Positions 36,848-46,833 of a DNA stretch of 64,000 bases are shown here, piece after piece. Each line of letters opens with the position of its first letter. Within the stretch, counting starts at the first letter, position 1. Made by a program: the position numbers and the translations under genes. This stretch comes from Candidatus Omnitrophota bacterium (lineage in GTDB: Bacteria > Omnitrophota > Gorgyraeia > Duberdicusellales > 4484-171): positions 2,324-66,323 of the forward strand of contig JAAEQW010000120.1 of assembly GCA_024231025.1 (NCBI GenBank), in the 5' to 3' direction. The notes beneath the pieces were generated by a model. The model saw only the letters and a list, made by a program, of their open reading frames with translations, was not told where the DNA came from and searched no databases.

Positions 36848-37819
36848 TTAGCTTAACAACCCTTGCTTACGATAATGATCCGTAACATTAGATATTGCGT
36901 CTTTAATGTTAAAGGCCGGTTTCCAACCCATATCATTCTGCAATAAGGAAGCAGAGTAAATCTTTCGATTAGTTAGCTCTACAAGCTTAGCCGAATTGAT
37001 CGGCATACTACAATTCGTTAGCTTAGCAGCCCAATCAAGGACAGATACCAACATTTTAACCGGCCAATACGGTAAATGCATTATTGGCCTATCGTCAGCA
37101 ATTTTTTCCTTAATCGCTGCTATAAAATCGTTTAATTTTACAGGAGTATTTATAATATAAATATCACTGGCGACATCAACAGAAAGCAAACTAAAAATCA
37201 ATTCACTAATTTCCTTAACATAAAGATAGTTCAAATAAAATTGACTCCTGTCTCTACCAACAAAACAAAATCTGTTATTTTTAATTTTTGTAAATAAATT
37301 CAATAGGTGCTTTTCGGGATCATCTTCACCAAACACATTAGTTGGTCTTAATGTAATAACTTTTTGCGGATTCTGTTGAGAATATTTTTTAACTATTAAT
37401 TCAGCCTGCAATTTAGTCTTTTCATACGCATTGCCAGGCTGACAAGTCGTTTTCTCGTCAATCACGATATTAGCACTATTACCAATAACTCCAACGCTGC
37501 TTAAATAAATAAGCCTTTTAAGGCTACAGTTTTTTTCACAAGCATCAATTATGTTTTGAGTTCCCTTAACGTTAACTTGATAAAAAAACCGAGGATCATT
37601 TTTGCATCCAGCCATGTGTACAACATAATCAGATTGCTCAATGCCATGGTTAATTAATGATGTGTCAGATATATCTCCCTGCAAATAAACCAAGTTTTTT
37701 TTGCTATCTCTCTTCTGCCTAGTTAAAGCAACAAGACTGTATTCACCCTGACCACAAAGTTTTCTTAACATATGTTTACCGATAAATCCAGTACCACCAG
37801 TAATAAATATTCGTTTCAT
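36848..37819 (-). CDS. NAD(P)-dependent sugar epimerase/dehydratase (extended SDR), 323 aa
   Basis: MKRIFITGGTGFIGKHM is the GxxGxxG motif, and YEKTK is the YxxxK motif. Confidence 0.8.
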   Translation of the reverse strand: MKRIFITGGTGFIGKHMLRKLCGQGEYSLVALTRQKRDSKKNLVYLQGDISDTSLINHGIEQSDYVVHMAGCKNDPRFFYQVNVKGTQNIIDACEKNCSLKRLIYLSSVGVIGNSANIVIDEKTTCQPGNAYEKTKLQAELIVKKYSQQNPQKVITLRPTNVFGEDDPEKHLLNLFTKIKNNRFCFVGRDRSQFYLNYLYVKEISELIFSLLSVDVASDIYIINTPVKLNDFIAAIKEKIADDRPIMHLPYWPVKMLVSVLDWAAKLTNCSMPINSAKLVELTNRKIYSASLLQNDMGWKPAFNIKDAISNVTDHYRKQGLLS

Positions 37820-37837
37820 TGTTGTCCTATTGAAAAA

Positions 37838-39118
37838 TTAAAGTTTTTCGGCTTTAAGGCAATTTTGAAACCACGGGAAAAACATAGGTAAAAGAGCCAG
37901 GCTCATCATAAACCAATAGATAACTGACTTCCAAAACGGAAAAATTACAAGAGATATGATCATGCCAATCAAAATAGCAACACAACCAAAAATGCGTTCG
38001 CGAAACTTATCGCCCATAGTCCTACAGCCTTTGACAAAAAATATTACTCCTGCAATGATAAGAGGCATCAGGCATGGTAAAAACATGAGCAAAACAGTAA
38101 TCCCTGATGCATGCCCCTCCGCTACAGGATGAGGTGAGCGTACGGTGCCCCGTAAAGCCAAACTAGCCGCTTCTCTTATGCCAAAAACTTGGGGCAACGC
38201 ATCTGCTATGTCATTCAGTCGAACAAACAAACTATATTTTATAGTGCCTAGACCAAGATTGTGCGTAAATAATCCAGGAAAGAAGAACGCGTACAAACAC
38301 AAAAAACACACCAGCATGATCGCTGATTTTCCAATCTCACTCCTTTGATCTTTAGACCCTTTGACTAAAACAAAGACGGTAACTATGAAAAAACCAACAA
38401 AAACTATCTTGCCCATAGCAAGAGCGACCATCGCAGAAAGAATTGCCGTACCGCCAACAACTCGATTGTTAGTCTTTGTAAAATGAAGCGGTAGAGCAAA
38501 CAAAAGAAATAAACTAACTAAAGTACCTGAGCGTAAAAGACCCGCTGGTCTAAAAACCCTTACATCATATGCTATTTGAGATAAAGGAGTAAACAAGGTT
38601 GACTGTACATCAGGAGCCCTGGCAACTTCATAGTAATGGCTAGACAATATTTGTGAAAGGCCGCCAACACCGGCGCTTTGCAATATCATCAATGGCACAC
38701 TCAAAAAACAAATAAACATCACCTGTTTATATATGATATCCGGCTTTTGGAAAGCAATCACACCTGCGGCAATAAAAATCATAACGTTTACTAAAAAAAC
38801 GTAACCCATAGAGCACCATGTTGAAGCAAATATTGTTGCAATAGTCTTTAACAATACTACGGTCACCGCAAGTATCAGTGGCCACGCTTTAGAGCGAAAT
38901 GCATAAAGAATAATGAAAAGAGCAGCCACATCATTAAACAAAACTACGATTTGGCCAATATAAAACGGCCTAGCCCACCCATGAGGCCCTATAACAACCG
39001 TCAAAAGAATGCCGGGAAATAGCCACCACATGCATACCTTCTTCAAATCATCTAGAGTAACAGCACCTCCGCCTTTAAATAAGTCTGATATTTTTTTAAT
39101 AAAGTTTTTGGAACCCAT
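37838..39118 (-). CDS. polytopic membrane protein (426 aa), candidate Wzy-type repeat-unit polymerase
   Basis: At least 11 hydrophobic helices and no catalytic motifs recognised. The call rests on position in the glycan operon only. Confidence 0.35.
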   Translation of the reverse strand: MGSKNFIKKISDLFKGGGAVTLDDLKKVCMWWLFPGILLTVVIGPHGWARPFYIGQIVVLFNDVAALFIILYAFRSKAWPLILAVTVVLLKTIATIFASTWCSMGYVFLVNVMIFIAAGVIAFQKPDIIYKQVMFICFLSVPLMILQSAGVGGLSQILSSHYYEVARAPDVQSTLFTPLSQIAYDVRVFRPAGLLRSGTLVSLFLLFALPLHFTKTNNRVVGGTAILSAMVALAMGKIVFVGFFIVTVFVLVKGSKDQRSEIGKSAIMLVCFLCLYAFFFPGLFTHNLGLGTIKYSLFVRLNDIADALPQVFGIREAASLALRGTVRSPHPVAEGHASGITVLLMFLPCLMPLIIAGVIFFVKGCRTMGDKFRERIFGCVAILIGMIISLVIFPFWKSVIYWFMMSLALLPMFFPWFQNCLKAEKL

Positions 39119-39120
39119 AA

Positions 39121-40086
39121 CTAACTTACCCCTTTTTCAATCGGTTTAATACCGTACAATAATTTAATGAAAAAATTAAAAACACCCCAGGCTTTAAGCT
39201 TGTCCTTGGTCCTATACATCTTCTCCTGAGTAAAGATCAAAAACACAAAAGAAATTAGAATATCTCTTGGATTAAAACTTAAATTTAAAAAAGCCGGCAG
39301 CAATCTGAATCCTGCAGCACGTAGATCGCTTTTAAGGCAATTTTTATAGCCTCTCGCTATCCCTTTCAGCGATTTTTTATCAAGTTTATCTTTATACTTA
39401 TCAAGCAGATAAGAAAAATCATGGGCTATTATATGACGTCGAGAGTTGCTAAAATTCGCCTGATGTTTTCTGTAAACCGCCAAAGAATCTTTAGCATAAT
39501 CAAAGTTGCCTAAAAATGAAAGCCGCAGAAAAAGATCATAGTCCGGGGCATATATCATCTTATTATCAAATACTGTATCGAGCTTTTTTAACCCATCTAT
39601 TTTGATGACTGCGGTCTGAAAGCCAACAAAGTTATTTCGACATAAATGCTTAGTAACGCCACCTCGGTAAAAGTTCTTTTTTGGATCATGAACAACATAA
39701 TCAAAGTCTACAATCATATTTTTGGCGATGTAGTTACTATAAACCAAGACTGTATCGTCATTAAAAAGTTGGATCTGCTCGCTCAACTTATTAGGCATCC
39801 ATAGGTCATCACAATCAAGAAAGGCCAGGTATTGACCGGTTGCTTTCTCTACAGCTTTGTTGCGAGCTATGCCAAGAGTATCAAAAATATCAGACTTAAA
39901 ATACTTAATGCGATTATCATAGCTTTTAGCTATTTTAGCACTATCGTCGGTTGACGCATTATCCCAAAAGATTATCTCCCAGTCTTTATATTCTTGCGCA
40001 TAAACACTACCAATAGACTCTTTTAAATATTGAGAACCATTGTGACAATTCATTATTATGCTTACTTTTGCCATCACATTCTCCAC
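39121..40086 (-). CDS. GT2-family glycosyltransferase (GT-A fold), 321 aa
   Basis: VSIIMNCHNGSQYLKESIGSVYAQ...WDNASTDDS...LAFLDCDDLW gives the D, DxD and DCDD motifs of Glycos_transf_2. Confidence 0.85.
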   Translation of the reverse strand: MENVMAKVSIIMNCHNGSQYLKESIGSVYAQEYKDWEIIFWDNASTDDSAKIAKSYDNRIKYFKSDIFDTLGIARNKAVEKATGQYLAFLDCDDLWMPNKLSEQIQLFNDDTVLVYSNYIAKNMIVDFDYVVHDPKKNFYRGGVTKHLCRNNFVGFQTAVIKIDGLKKLDTVFDNKMIYAPDYDLFLRLSFLGNFDYAKDSLAVYRKHQANFSNSRRHIIAHDFSYLLDKYKDKLDKKSLKGIARGYKNCLKSDLRAAGFRLLPAFLNLSFNPRDILISFVFLIFTQEKMYRTKDKLKAWGVFNFFIKLLYGIKPIEKGVS

Positions 40087-41102
40087 TTAATCTCTTCATC
40101 TACTCTATTATCATCAATAAGCTTCCTTATTGTTCTTATTCTAAAATATTTATTGGAATCAAAACCTTCTTGAGTCAGATTAAACTTCCTATAGGCATCA
40201 TAAAGCTCATTCACCCCCATCTCCAGATCCCAAACTGGGTTGAAATCCAAGGTGTTCTTTATTTTTGAAAAATCAACTCTATAGGAGCGCTCATCAGACC
40301 CAGCTGTATTTTTTATTTCAACACGACTACCCACAACAACCTTTTCTACACAGTGAGCTATATCTCTAACTCGATAGTTCTCACTATTGCGACCCACGTT
40401 AAAAGTTTGATTGTGCACCTTATCAACCGGTGCTTGAACAATAGCAAGAAAAGCCCGGCAAAGATCCTCGGCATGAGCTATGGGCCGCCAAGGGCTACCA
40501 TCGCTTAATATGGTAACTTTTCCAGTAATATGCGCCCAGGCTAAAAGGTTATTCACCACAAGATCAAGTCTTAGCTTTGGCGAAAGACCATATGCTGTAG
40601 CATTACGTAAAAACGTAGGATGAAAATTACTATCTGCCAACTTGGCCAACTCAATCTCTGAATCTACCTTGGCCTTGGCATATGCCGTTAAGGGATCCAC
40701 TTCATCCTCCTCAGTAAGTGCCTTATCTCCTGGGGCGATACCGTAAACACTGCATGATGATGAAAAGAGATATCTTGATATGCCGATGCTTTTAGCAAGC
40801 TTGGCAAGGTTTACCGACGAAACACAGTTAATCTTATGAGTAAGGCCAGGATTTAACTCACCCAAAGGATCATTAGAGAGCGCCGCCAAATGAATAACAG
40901 CTTCCACGCCATCTAAATCACAAGCCTCTATGTTATCAACATCCTTGAATATCTGTCTGAAAGGCCTCTCTTGGGCCGGATAAAATTCACACCCTTTATA
41001 GTAGTCGGAATCAACACCAACAACCTCATGGTCCCTATCTTGTAAAAATTTTGCCATGACCGTACCAATATACCCCGTATTTCCTGTAACTAGAATCCTC
41101 AT
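40074..41102 (-). CDS. NAD-dependent sugar epimerase/reductase (GalE-like extended SDR), 342 aa
   Basis: MRILVTGNTGYIGTVM, FSSSCSVYG (matching GalE SSSATVYG) and YAKAK. Confidence 0.75.
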   Translation of the reverse strand: MRILVTGNTGYIGTVMAKFLQDRDHEVVGVDSDYYKGCEFYPAQERPFRQIFKDVDNIEACDLDGVEAVIHLAALSNDPLGELNPGLTHKINCVSSVNLAKLAKSIGISRYLFSSSCSVYGIAPGDKALTEEDEVDPLTAYAKAKVDSEIELAKLADSNFHPTFLRNATAYGLSPKLRLDLVVNNLLAWAHITGKVTILSDGSPWRPIAHAEDLCRAFLAIVQAPVDKVHNQTFNVGRNSENYRVRDIAHCVEKVVVGSRVEIKNTAGSDERSYRVDFSKIKNTLDFNPVWDLEMGVNELYDAYRKFNLTQEGFDSNKYFRIRTIRKLIDDNRVDEEIKWRM

Positions 41103-41121
41103 TTCTTTTATCTCCTTTAAA

Positions 41122-41574
41122 TTACTTATTCTTTATATCCCAGTTATAAGGTATTTTATCAGTACGAGGGTCTAGCCTGTCCATCTCTCCCGAAGTATTA
41201 GGCATTGTGGCACAATTAGCAACAATGGCCGGTTTACCACCAACAGCCAAATGACCATTCCAAACCAATGGAGGTATTTTAACGAGACAGTAGTTCTGAT
41301 CTCCAATAAATAGCTCCATTAGCCCTCCTTTTGTAGCAGAACCATCTCTGTCGTCAAAGAGCACAAGCTTTATCATGCCCTGTATAACCGCATAGTTTAA
41401 AGTCATCTCTTTGTGACTATGCCACCCCTTTATCGCTTTAGGGTATATAGTAGAAAAATAGATCTCTCCAAACTTTTCAAAAATAGGGTCATCATTGCGC
41501 AACATATGATAAATACACCCACGCTCATCCGGTATTTTTCTTAAAGATCTTACAACTACTCCTTCAATACTCAT
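41122..41574 (-). CDS. RmlC-like cupin sugar-nucleotide 3,5-epimerase / 3,4-ketoisomerase family protein, 150 aa
   Basis: Small cupin with GWHSHKE and FSTIYPKAIKGWH, resembling dTDP-4-dehydrorhamnose 3,5-epimerase or the MlghB/FdtA-type small cupins. Confidence 0.55.
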   Translation of the reverse strand: MSIEGVVVRSLRKIPDERGCIYHMLRNDDPIFEKFGEIYFSTIYPKAIKGWHSHKEMTLNYAVIQGMIKLVLFDDRDGSATKGGLMELFIGDQNYCLVKIPPLVWNGHLAVGGKPAIVANCATMPNTSGEMDRLDPRTDKIPYNWDIKNK

Positions 41575-41595
41575 CTCATCCTCCTTTAATATCTC

Positions 41596-42825
41596 TTAAA
41601 TTATCTCTATTTCCGGATAGGGCTTTATGATCTTTAGCCCTTTATCCCTATATTTCTCAATACTTTTTACAATCTCATTAAAATAAGTATATGATGTAAT
41701 CAACAAATAATCAAGCGGCTGTTTGCTGAGCGCGTCTGAAGACGCTACTGGTATGCCAAGCAAAGGAATAAAGCGTTTTTGTTTGTTTATATCTGAGTCG
41801 ATAACGTAGTTAAAAAAATCCTCACCCTGATCGATGGAGCTTATCATGGTGACACCACGTGAACCTGCCCCCCAAGCCCCTATCTTTTTACCCTTGCTCT
41901 TTATCTCGGACAAACACTGCGATATATTCTGCCGCCAATCTTGATAACCCTTGGCAAAAGAATCAACACCGCTATAATCGGTGGCCAACTGATCAAGATC
42001 ATGATCTTGATCATTCGAACAAAAAATACGCAAAAACTCACCCTGGCTGCTCTCTATTTCGGTAACATTTTTCCAACCCAACTTCTTTAAAAAACTAATC
42101 AAATAATCGGATGTAAAATAATATATATGATCATAGTAGAAATCAAAATAAAGGTTATTCTCCATCAAAAAAGACACATTAGGCACTTCAAGAAATAAAG
42201 CCCTCTGATCCTGGGAAACCCTATAACATTTATTAAGCGACTCCAGATAATTTAAAGGATCCGATATATGCTCCAAAACATGTCTCAAAACAAACAGATT
42301 TATACTCTTACCTTCTAATTGCTTTTGTTGAGCTGGATCAAAGTAATCATTATGCACTTCTATATTTTCATATTTTTTTGCCATCTGAAATGTAGGAGAC
42401 GGCTCAAAGCCTACAGCTTGCTTGCAATAACGTGACATTTGTTCAAGAAAGAAACCATCACCACAGCCTATCTCACAAACGCTCTTACCTTTTAAATCCA
42501 TCATCTTTGCTACATCTTCGGCCAGCTGTTTTTGATAGTGCATAGACTGAGTTGAAAAAGACATAGAAGAATAATAGTCTGGATCCTTATAATCATGACT
42601 CTTTGCCTGCGAAGTAAAATAATCACCGTTAAAGACAATGCGACAATCTTGGCACATAACTATATCAAGTCCCGCACTTTGGCAGTTAACCGCTTCTCTC
42701 TGGCTTTTGTACAGACTCTGTGACGAAGCCGGCATCTTCGTTGCTCTAAGCAGCGGCTTAATGCCTCGGGAAGAACAAAAAATACACTTATCTATTTTTT
42801 CCAAGGCGCTATACCTTCTTGCCAA
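41596..42825 (-). CDS. NDP-hexose C-methyltransferase (TylCIII-like: Zn-ribbon + class I SAM MTase + C-terminal domain), 409 aa
   Basis: N-terminal CxxC...CxxC (CIFC...CQDC), SAM motif I VCEIGCGDGFF, and the ~410-aa three-domain layout typical of sugar 3-C-methyltransferases. Confidence 0.65.
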   Translation of the reverse strand: MARRYSALEKIDKCIFCSSRGIKPLLRATKMPASSQSLYKSQREAVNCQSAGLDIVMCQDCRIVFNGDYFTSQAKSHDYKDPDYYSSMSFSTQSMHYQKQLAEDVAKMMDLKGKSVCEIGCGDGFFLEQMSRYCKQAVGFEPSPTFQMAKKYENIEVHNDYFDPAQQKQLEGKSINLFVLRHVLEHISDPLNYLESLNKCYRVSQDQRALFLEVPNVSFLMENNLYFDFYYDHIYYFTSDYLISFLKKLGWKNVTEIESSQGEFLRIFCSNDQDHDLDQLATDYSGVDSFAKGYQDWRQNISQCLSEIKSKGKKIGAWGAGSRGVTMISSIDQGEDFFNYVIDSDINKQKRFIPLLGIPVASSDALSKQPLDYLLITSYTYFNEIVKSIEKYRDKGLKIIKPYPEIEII

Positions 42826-43553
42826 AGACCCTCAAGAACATTTCTGTCTCTTATAGTATCCATACAATGCCAAAAACCTTCATGTTTATGCACCATCAAC
42901 TGCCCATCTTTTGCTAGATTCTCAAGAGGATCCTGTTCCAAAATAGTCTTATCACTCTTAAGATATTTAAATATCTCCGGCTGGAAAACAAAAAAACCAC
43001 CATTTACCCAGCCTTCACCGGTTTGAGACTTTTCTTTAAAATCAACGACCTTCTCGCCATCAAAACTCATACAACCAAACCGTGCCGAAGGCCTTACGGC
43101 AGTCACCGTGGCTATCTTCCCATGTGATTTATGGAACTCTACCAACTTCTCAATATCTACATCGCTAAGACCATCTCCATAAGTAAGCATAAAAGTCTCA
43201 TTAAGCTTACCCTCAAGTCTTCCAAGCCTTCCTCCAGTCATGGATTTTTCTCCGGTATCAACGAGATCTATTTTCCAGTCTTTGATGTTGTTATTTTCAG
43301 CAGTAATTTTACCAGTTTTTAGATCTATATTAAGATTGCTTTGATGATGATAATAATTTATAAAGTATTCCTTTATCATCTCACCCTTGTAGCCAAGAGC
43401 CAAGGTAAACTCCTTATATCCAAACGACCTATATATATTCATAATGTGCCATAAAATAGGTTTACCACCTATCTCTACCATCGGCTTTGGCCTATACTCT
43501 GTTTCCTCTCGCAATCGAGTGCCCATACCTCCGCACAAAACTACAACTTTCAT
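42792..43553 (-). CDS. rfbF: glucose-1-phosphate cytidylyltransferase (CDP-glucose pyrophosphorylase), 253 aa
   Basis: MKVVVLCGGMGTRLREETEYRPKPMVEIGGKPILWHIMNIY is a close match to the RfbF/DdhA N-terminus as recalled. The 253-aa length matches. Confidence 0.8.
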   Translation of the reverse strand: MKVVVLCGGMGTRLREETEYRPKPMVEIGGKPILWHIMNIYRSFGYKEFTLALGYKGEMIKEYFINYYHHQSNLNIDLKTGKITAENNNIKDWKIDLVDTGEKSMTGGRLGRLEGKLNETFMLTYGDGLSDVDIEKLVEFHKSHGKIATVTAVRPSARFGCMSFDGEKVVDFKEKSQTGEGWVNGGFFVFQPEIFKYLKSDKTILEQDPLENLAKDGQLMVHKHEGFWHCMDTIRDRNVLEGLWQEGIAPWKK

Positions 43554-43554
43554 A

Positions 43555-44484
43555 TTAATCCTCCGATATTTTATAGAACTCTACTGTACGCTTCAACCCT
43601 TCTTCTAAACTTATCTGCGGCTGCCAACCAATCTTTTCCTTTATGAGAGAAGTATCCGCATAAAGCTGCATATTCTCACCCTTACGATAAGGATAAGTGC
43701 CCCACAAAGGCGTCCCTTTGCCTGTTATCTTAACAATTTTCTCAACCATCTCTCGGATAGTAACAGCCTGACCTGAACCAACATTAAATATCTTACCCTT
43801 GGCGCTATTTGACAACGCTAGCTGGGCCAAAGCCTGAACTGCATCCTCTACATAACAAAAATCACGAAGCTGCTTCCCCTCAGAGGTTTTAAACTCTTCA
43901 CCATTAAGACAAGCTTTTATTATTTGCGGTAAAAATCGTCGGTCATCCTGACCAGGTCCGTAAACCAGAAAGAATCTCGCAACAACCCCTGGAAAATCTT
44001 CGGTTTTGCTAATCATTTGTATAAAATGAGAGGCGGCTGTTTTTGCAAAAGAATACGGCGATATTGACATTTCACGCATAGCTTCATTCTGCGGTGCCAA
44101 AAGCCCTCCATACTCATCGCTTGAGCCGATCTGAACAAAACCTTTTAATCTGTCCCAATCAATGCTATCTAATAAATTCATCAAACCAATAAGATGAGCC
44201 TCTATCACTCTGCGCCCACCCTTAAAATAATGGGTATGATCTATATAGCCCCCTAAGTTAAACACGTAGTCAAAAGCTCTTGCTTTGAGAGCCTTCGCAA
44301 GAGAAGGCTTATCACATAAATCAGCCGTAATATATTCAACATCCTTAATAGGCTCTGTCTTCTCAGGCAAAGATAAAACGGAAACGTTCTCTGTATCCTT
44401 TAAGCATCTTTTAACCAGATGGCTTCCGATAAATCCCGTACCTCCTATAACCAATATTTTGTCTAAAGCTTTAAAATTTTTCAT
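43555..44484 (-). CDS. NDP-sugar 4,6-dehydratase-like extended SDR (candidate CDP-hexose or GDP-heptose 4,6-dehydratase), 309 aa
   Basis: LVIGGTGFIGSHL, GSSDEYGG (the dehydratase-type S-x-D-E dyad, compare RmlB STDEVYG) and YSFAK. Confidence 0.55.
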   Translation of the reverse strand: MKNFKALDKILVIGGTGFIGSHLVKRCLKDTENVSVLSLPEKTEPIKDVEYITADLCDKPSLAKALKARAFDYVFNLGGYIDHTHYFKGGRRVIEAHLIGLMNLLDSIDWDRLKGFVQIGSSDEYGGLLAPQNEAMREMSISPYSFAKTAASHFIQMISKTEDFPGVVARFFLVYGPGQDDRRFLPQIIKACLNGEEFKTSEGKQLRDFCYVEDAVQALAQLALSNSAKGKIFNVGSGQAVTIREMVEKIVKITGKGTPLWGTYPYRKGENMQLYADTSLIKEKIGWQPQISLEEGLKRTVEFYKISED

Positions 44485-45917
44485 GATAAAAATAACTTAG
44501 AATATGTTACTAATGGCTGACCGATCCCCAATCTTTCTTTCATTTTTATGGAGCCCCCCCTTAAACCTACGCTACCCACCAAATCCCGTAACGAAATATC
44601 TTGATAATCCTTTCGCAAAGATCCTTCAATGCCTTCAATATTTATATACTGCAAATAATCAGAATTTGTGATTTGAATAACTGGCCGCCCAAGCAACAAG
44701 GCCTCTTCCAAAACTGTAGTGCTCATGCCAACAACCGTAATGGCGCCCTCTATGTCTTCTTTTAAACTAACGCCTTTAGACATCTGGATCAAACCTTTTT
44801 TAAGCTGCGCGTTTAACCATCTCTGCTTACTGCGCTTGATCTGTGCGTAGGGATGCAATCTTATTCTTATTTTCATTGGATCTTTAAGCTTTTCAACAAC
44901 TCTTTGCAAAGATGCAATTAAAACATCATTGTCAAAACTGGCAAGAGCACCCGCAAATAAATAATATTTTCCTTTTTTATCTGGATTAGCAACTACATCT
45001 TTCCAATGCGAATATCGATAGCTGCAACCTAAAAAAAACTTGGTATTGGCATAATAAGGCCTTAACAGGCCCATGATATCTTTGTTAAATACGTGCATAA
45101 CATCCGGCAAAGCCAAACCTCCCTCTATTTCCTCAGGGTGAGCAAAATACCACAGCTTACCCGGAGTAATCGCCGCGTGTTGAACCGCATAGCTTTTGGT
45201 TTTATACTTTTTGGCCACCTGCCAGGCTACCCTGGCATAAAAATGCATTTCGTGCACGCAACCTATTTTTTTAATATCGTATTTTTCTACAACTTGGGAC
45301 AACGCATGTTCAAGGTAATAAGCATATAGCCATCGCTGGCTTACTGCCCATTCAAACCACAGAAAGGTCAGCAATATCTTATCAAAAAGATTACCACGAA
45401 CTTGGCCGAAGGCATACGCTCCGCTCTTTACAAGGGCTAATCCGTACAACAGTTTGTGCCCTAATCCTAATTTTTCTATATCTTGTTCATCTTTACCGCA
45501 ATCCTTAGTCCGTCCAAAAACGAAGATACCGTCATCCTCATTGGTATAAACATAGGGAGTATGGTATACTCCATCCGACCCCTGTAAACCACACGTCGAT
45601 GATACCACCAAAATACTATCGTCTACTTTACCGTATACTGCATACTTAAAAGAGCTCGGACTAAAGGCTAGCTTAATCATGCCTTTAACGCCACTATAGA
45701 TTGTTCGGATCAAAAGACCGCAAAATAATCTTGCCTTGTGTTTTTTCCTATACCTCTCATGCCAAAGCATACATAGATCGGGACTCCTTGCACTCAAGGG
45801 AGATGCAAAGACCAATGACAACAATCTAGGAGGGATCACGTTTACCGCCTTGGATACAAATTTAATTGCTAATAATTCAAAATCATCACTAAACATTGCA
45901 CTATTTATTTGTTTCAA
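44481..45917 (-). CDS. GT-B-fold transferase of TagF/KpsC-like (glycerophospho- or capsule-polysaccharide transferase) type, 478 aa
   Basis: C-terminal RIRLHP...ITVVGMSTTVLEEALLLGRPVI resembles the HP catalytic and nucleotide-binding (ITDYSSV-like) motifs of Glyphos_transf/Capsule_synth families. It is a paralogue of 62504-63964. Confidence 0.35.
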   Translation of the reverse strand: MKQINSAMFSDDFELLAIKFVSKAVNVIPPRLLSLVFASPLSARSPDLCMLWHERYRKKHKARLFCGLLIRTIYSGVKGMIKLAFSPSSFKYAVYGKVDDSILVVSSTCGLQGSDGVYHTPYVYTNEDDGIFVFGRTKDCGKDEQDIEKLGLGHKLLYGLALVKSGAYAFGQVRGNLFDKILLTFLWFEWAVSQRWLYAYYLEHALSQVVEKYDIKKIGCVHEMHFYARVAWQVAKKYKTKSYAVQHAAITPGKLWYFAHPEEIEGGLALPDVMHVFNKDIMGLLRPYYANTKFFLGCSYRYSHWKDVVANPDKKGKYYLFAGALASFDNDVLIASLQRVVEKLKDPMKIRIRLHPYAQIKRSKQRWLNAQLKKGLIQMSKGVSLKEDIEGAITVVGMSTTVLEEALLLGRPVIQITNSDYLQYINIEGIEGSLRKDYQDISLRDLVGSVGLRGGSIKMKERLGIGQPLVTYSKLFLS

Positions 45918-46833
45918 AAAATCTTATCAAATTCTGTGTCGCCTCTAACTCCATCTGAATACGTGACTCTTTTGTCAAAGTAGCCACGTGAGGAGTTAAA
46001 ACAATATTCTCGATATCGCAAAGTTTTCCTTTATAAGGCTCTTGCCCAAAAACATCTAAGCCAGCACCAGCCAAATGGCCATCTTTTAAGGCATCGTATA
46101 AAGCATTCTCATCAACAAACTGACCACGGGCAACGTTAATCAGCATTGCGCCTTTCTTCATAGAAGAAATTTCTTTCTTGCCCAAAACAAATGGAGCGTC
46201 TTCTCTGAAGGTAATATGAATACTTACAATGTCACAAGCTAAAAGCAATTGGTCAAGGGCAATAATTTTTACGCCTGCCTGCTTTGCCCAATCAAGATCT
46301 GGCGCAATATCGCATCCATAAACCTTTGCGCCTAAAGATCTTATAAGTTCGGCTGTGCGCCGCCCTATTCTTCCTAAACCAATAATGCCAAATGTCTGTT
46401 CACTTAAAAGATTGCCGGTTTTTTTCTCCCAGCGCCCAGCCTTCAGAGATGCCGTTTGAACTGAAACCCTCTTCAAAAGATCAAAAGCAAATCCAACGGT
46501 CAACTCAGCAACCGGCTGGCTGACAACATCAGGCGTATTGCGCACAGCTATACCCCTTTGTTTAGCTTTATCAAGATCAATATTATCAATTCCAACGCCT
46601 AGGCGCGATATGCACTTTAACTTTGGCATGCTCTCGATGACTTGTGAATTAAACGGTTCAAGGCCAGCTATTGCTCCCTCGCAATCACCACCCATATCCA
46701 TAAGCTCATCGGCTGTTAACCGACGACCAAGCGAGTTTATGCGATAGCTCAAACCGCTTCGATCCAAAAGTTTAAGCGGCTGATCACCGTGTTTAGCAAA
46801 TGTTGATGCCGAAATAAATATCTGTCCCTTCAT
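45901..46833 (-). CDS. D-isomer-specific 2-hydroxyacid dehydrogenase (NAD-binding), 310 aa
   Basis: FGIIGLGRIGRRTAELIRSLGAKVYGCD is the classical GxGxxG(17x)D NAD motif of the D-2-HADH family, and the HVA catalytic-His region is present (LTPHVATLTKES). Confidence 0.85.
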   Translation of the reverse strand: MKGQIFISASTFAKHGDQPLKLLDRSGLSYRINSLGRRLTADELMDMGGDCEGAIAGLEPFNSQVIESMPKLKCISRLGVGIDNIDLDKAKQRGIAVRNTPDVVSQPVAELTVGFAFDLLKRVSVQTASLKAGRWEKKTGNLLSEQTFGIIGLGRIGRRTAELIRSLGAKVYGCDIAPDLDWAKQAGVKIIALDQLLLACDIVSIHITFREDAPFVLGKKEISSMKKGAMLINVARGQFVDENALYDALKDGHLAGAGLDVFGQEPYKGKLCDIENIVLTPHVATLTKESRIQMELEATQNLIRFFETNK

